Part shown: positions 31,139 through 32,713 of the stretch, one piece after another
How positions within the stretch are numbered: the stretch's first letter is position 1
Layout: every line of letters begins with the position of its first letter
Assembly: GCA_964365845.1 (NCBI GenBank)
Contig: CAYIRZ010000002.1
Span: 10,240 to 42,952, forward strand
Length of the DNA: 32,713 nucleotides
From: an uncultured Streptomycetaceae bacterium
Lineage (GTDB): Bacteria; Pseudomonadota; Gammaproteobacteria; Burkholderiales; SG8-41
Direction: 5' to 3'
Made by a program: the position numbers and the translations under genes
Notes under the pieces: generated by a model
Database searches by the model: none
Told to the model about the DNA's origin: nothing
What the model saw: the letters and a program-made list of their open reading frames with translations, nothing else

Positions 31139-32389
31139 TCAGCTCAAATCATCAAATTCGGCAAGGATCCTGCGAATGTCCGACTTGCTGATCAGTAAAT
31201 TAGAATTCAATAAAATCGGAGCGCGCTCTATCTCGCATTCATAAAATGCCAGGATCAGGCCTAGCGCGTGGCACATATGACGAATCATCATGACCAGACC
31301 GCTTTTCGAGCTGGTATACCCCATCGGGGTGATGCAAATAACTTTGGTGCCGGGCCTGCAGAATATCAAATTGAACTTGGCCGAACCCACGGGAAGAATC
31401 ACTCTTGAGGCGGAGCTGAAAATATTGATAGCCTCGTCGAGAGACAGGTGTTCCGGAAATATTACCCTGCAGCCTTTGGCCTGCTCCAGATATCGGCACA
31501 GCGTATCCTGGTTCAGGATCAAACGCTTTGTAACCTCGGAACGCCCCACGAATACCAGGCTTTTTTTATCGTCATCTATCCGGTCAACATGTCCCAGCAC
31601 CCGCTCCCTCAGCTTGACGAAATTTCCCGACGAGATTGCCGGCTTTTGTGCCTCAAGAGTGCAAGTGACCATATTTGAAACAACGTAATCGTGGGTCTTC
31701 AATACCGGGAATACGCGTGAGGGGTCCAGTCTTATTCCCAGCAGCCGCATCAATTGCGTGACTTGCGGAACCGCGAATGTTGCGTCGACCTGGGGATGGA
31801 GATCAAGAAAATCGGGGTCGGCTACCAGCATAAGCCTGTCGAGCAGATTTAGTTCCTGATATTTCAGGAGCCTGTCGAGCGCATCGATAAAAAAATGCCC
31901 CCAGTGACAGATGAAGCCCAGGAGGCATGGATTCGTATCGTCTATGGCGACCAGTTTTTTAACGGTGTACTGATAGAAGCCGTTGCCAGCGTCAATGAAT
32001 TCGGAAGACATCCAGACGGGCGAATGCGCCAGTCCGCCGGGAATGATCTTGTCTTCGTAAATCAGGCCGAAGCTCGACCCTTGTATCACAACCTCGGGAA
32101 GGGTCACCAAAATACTCGATGCGGTCCGCACCTCAACCGAAGGGTGACTATCCCTCTTGCCCATCGAATAAAAAGACACCTTGGGTAGCGTCTCGATCTT
32201 GATTTCCGGTTTCCCGCTTGCCCAACCCTTAAGATAGGCAAGCTCGATAAATTCAGATTGATTTAGTTTTTTAAATAATGGCATGGCAATGTCCAAGATT
32301 TGCTTGGATCTCCAGCAAATCGAGTGGGTGATTTCGGGGTATTTTAGCGCGCGGGCAGCATGCAGGTCAGAATCTTTGGCCGCAATCAT
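31139..32389 (-). CDS. low-GC hypothetical protein, tentatively DUF563/GT61-like glycosyltransferase
   Basis: 416 aa (381 aa if the start is the ATG at 32284). The patterns CHWGHFFIDALDRL and LVFVGRSEVTKRLILNQDTLCRYLEQAKGCRVIFPEHLSLDEAINIFSSASRVILPVGSAKFNLIFCRPGTKVICITP resemble the GT61 layout (HxxxExLPRL ... R.I.N...L...GF..V.PE.LS..EQ...F..A..I.G.HGA). Three 60-nt lines I counted give 43, 50 and 32 percent GC, against 70 percent in a line of the neighbouring gene. Confidence 0.55.
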   Translation of the reverse strand: MIAAKDSDLHAARALKYPEITHSICWRSKQILDIAMPLFKKLNQSEFIELAYLKGWASGKPEIKIETLPKVSFYSMGKRDSHPSVEVRTASSILVTLPEVVIQGSSFGLIYEDKIIPGGLAHSPVWMSSEFIDAGNGFYQYTVKKLVAIDDTNPCLLGFICHWGHFFIDALDRLLKYQELNLLDRLMLVADPDFLDLHPQVDATFAVPQVTQLMRLLGIRLDPSRVFPVLKTHDYVVSNMVTCTLEAQKPAISSGNFVKLRERVLGHVDRIDDDKKSLVFVGRSEVTKRLILNQDTLCRYLEQAKGCRVIFPEHLSLDEAINIFSSASRVILPVGSAKFNLIFCRPGTKVICITPMGYTSSKSGLVMMIRHMCHALGLILAFYECEIERAPILLNSNLLISKSDIRRILAEFDDLS

Positions 32390-32510
32390 TCTGCGTCGCG
32401 CAGGCCATCAGCAGGAAGCCATTTTTGCTGTGTTTCAGGGGTCAGTCGAAGCAGCACTTAAATCCGCGGCTTGTTGCTGCGCAGACTTAGAGCGCGTTTC
32501 AAAATGAGTG

Positions 32511-32567
32511 GTAGCGCAGACGACCCCGTCTGCTCCGGCTTATATGCAGGCGGGTCGCCTGCGCTAC
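32511..32567. repeat. 16-bp inverted repeat GTAGCGCAGACGACCC ... GGGTCGCCTGCGCTAC with a 25-nt spacer
   Basis: The arms are at 32511-32526 and 32552-32567, with one mismatch. It is intergenic, upstream of the low-GC gene. Confidence 0.7.
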
Positions 32568-32588
32568 GATAGCGTGATTATCGCGATT

Positions 32589-32632
32589 GCGTACCCGTTC
32601 CGGTGAATGGGGGCCAAGTCCGACAGGCTGCT
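32589..32632 (-). repeat. REP-like element, inverted copy of 21721-21763
   Basis: The reverse complement reads AGCAGCCTGTCGGACTTGGCCCCCATTCACCGGAACGGGTACGC. Its first 20 nt are identical to 21721-21740. It shares GCGTACCCGT with the islet-flanking repeat. Confidence 0.7.
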
Positions 32633-32713
32633 TGGGCAGATAAACAGGCTATTCGATAATGGAAACGGCCGCATTTCAAGAATCGTGATGAATGCCGAAC
32701 TATCGCGTACCGG

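Overview
High-GC chromosomal segment with betaproteobacterial hallmarks: three Bug/TctC-type solute-binding proteins, and the conserved blocks hemC / algR-algZ / argH and hemA-prfA-prmC-grxD. Three accessory patches interrupt the core genes. (i) A 3.3-kb islet lies between argH and an Ldh_2-family dehydrogenase. It carries a HigB2/HigA2-type module, an antitoxin/PIN module and a 347-aa HNH nuclease with an unassigned N-terminal domain. Inverted copies of a ~72-nt hairpin repeat bracket it. Two extra 5'-truncated copies of the higA 3' end and a LacI-paralog fragment accompany it. (ii) Two tandem Phd/YefM-VapC modules sit between an orphan prpB and a 2-hydroxyacid dehydrogenase. (iii) A low-GC GT61/DUF563-like gene lies at the right edge. 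Two metabolic clusters stand out. One combines an Ldh_2 dehydrogenase, a Bug SBP, a LacI regulator and an Xsc-like ThDP enzyme, with a perfect 20-bp palindromic operator over a near-consensus promoter; this may be a C3-sulfonate route. The other is an IclR-headed operon with two family III CoA-transferases, a CitE-like acyl-CoA lyase, a MaoC_N/HTD2-type hydratase, two Bug SBPs, a signal-peptide-bearing SAM methyltransferase and a 3-hydroxyacyl-CoA dehydrogenase; this suggests itaconate/mesaconate/citramalyl-CoA-type chemistry. I recognised no rRNA, tRNA, CRISPR array, transposase or integrase. Many ORF-track entries are antisense artefacts or are over-extended at the 5' end, so revised starts are given. 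The first ~56 nt look like a sequencing artefact. All family assignments come from motif recognition by eye, not from database searches.
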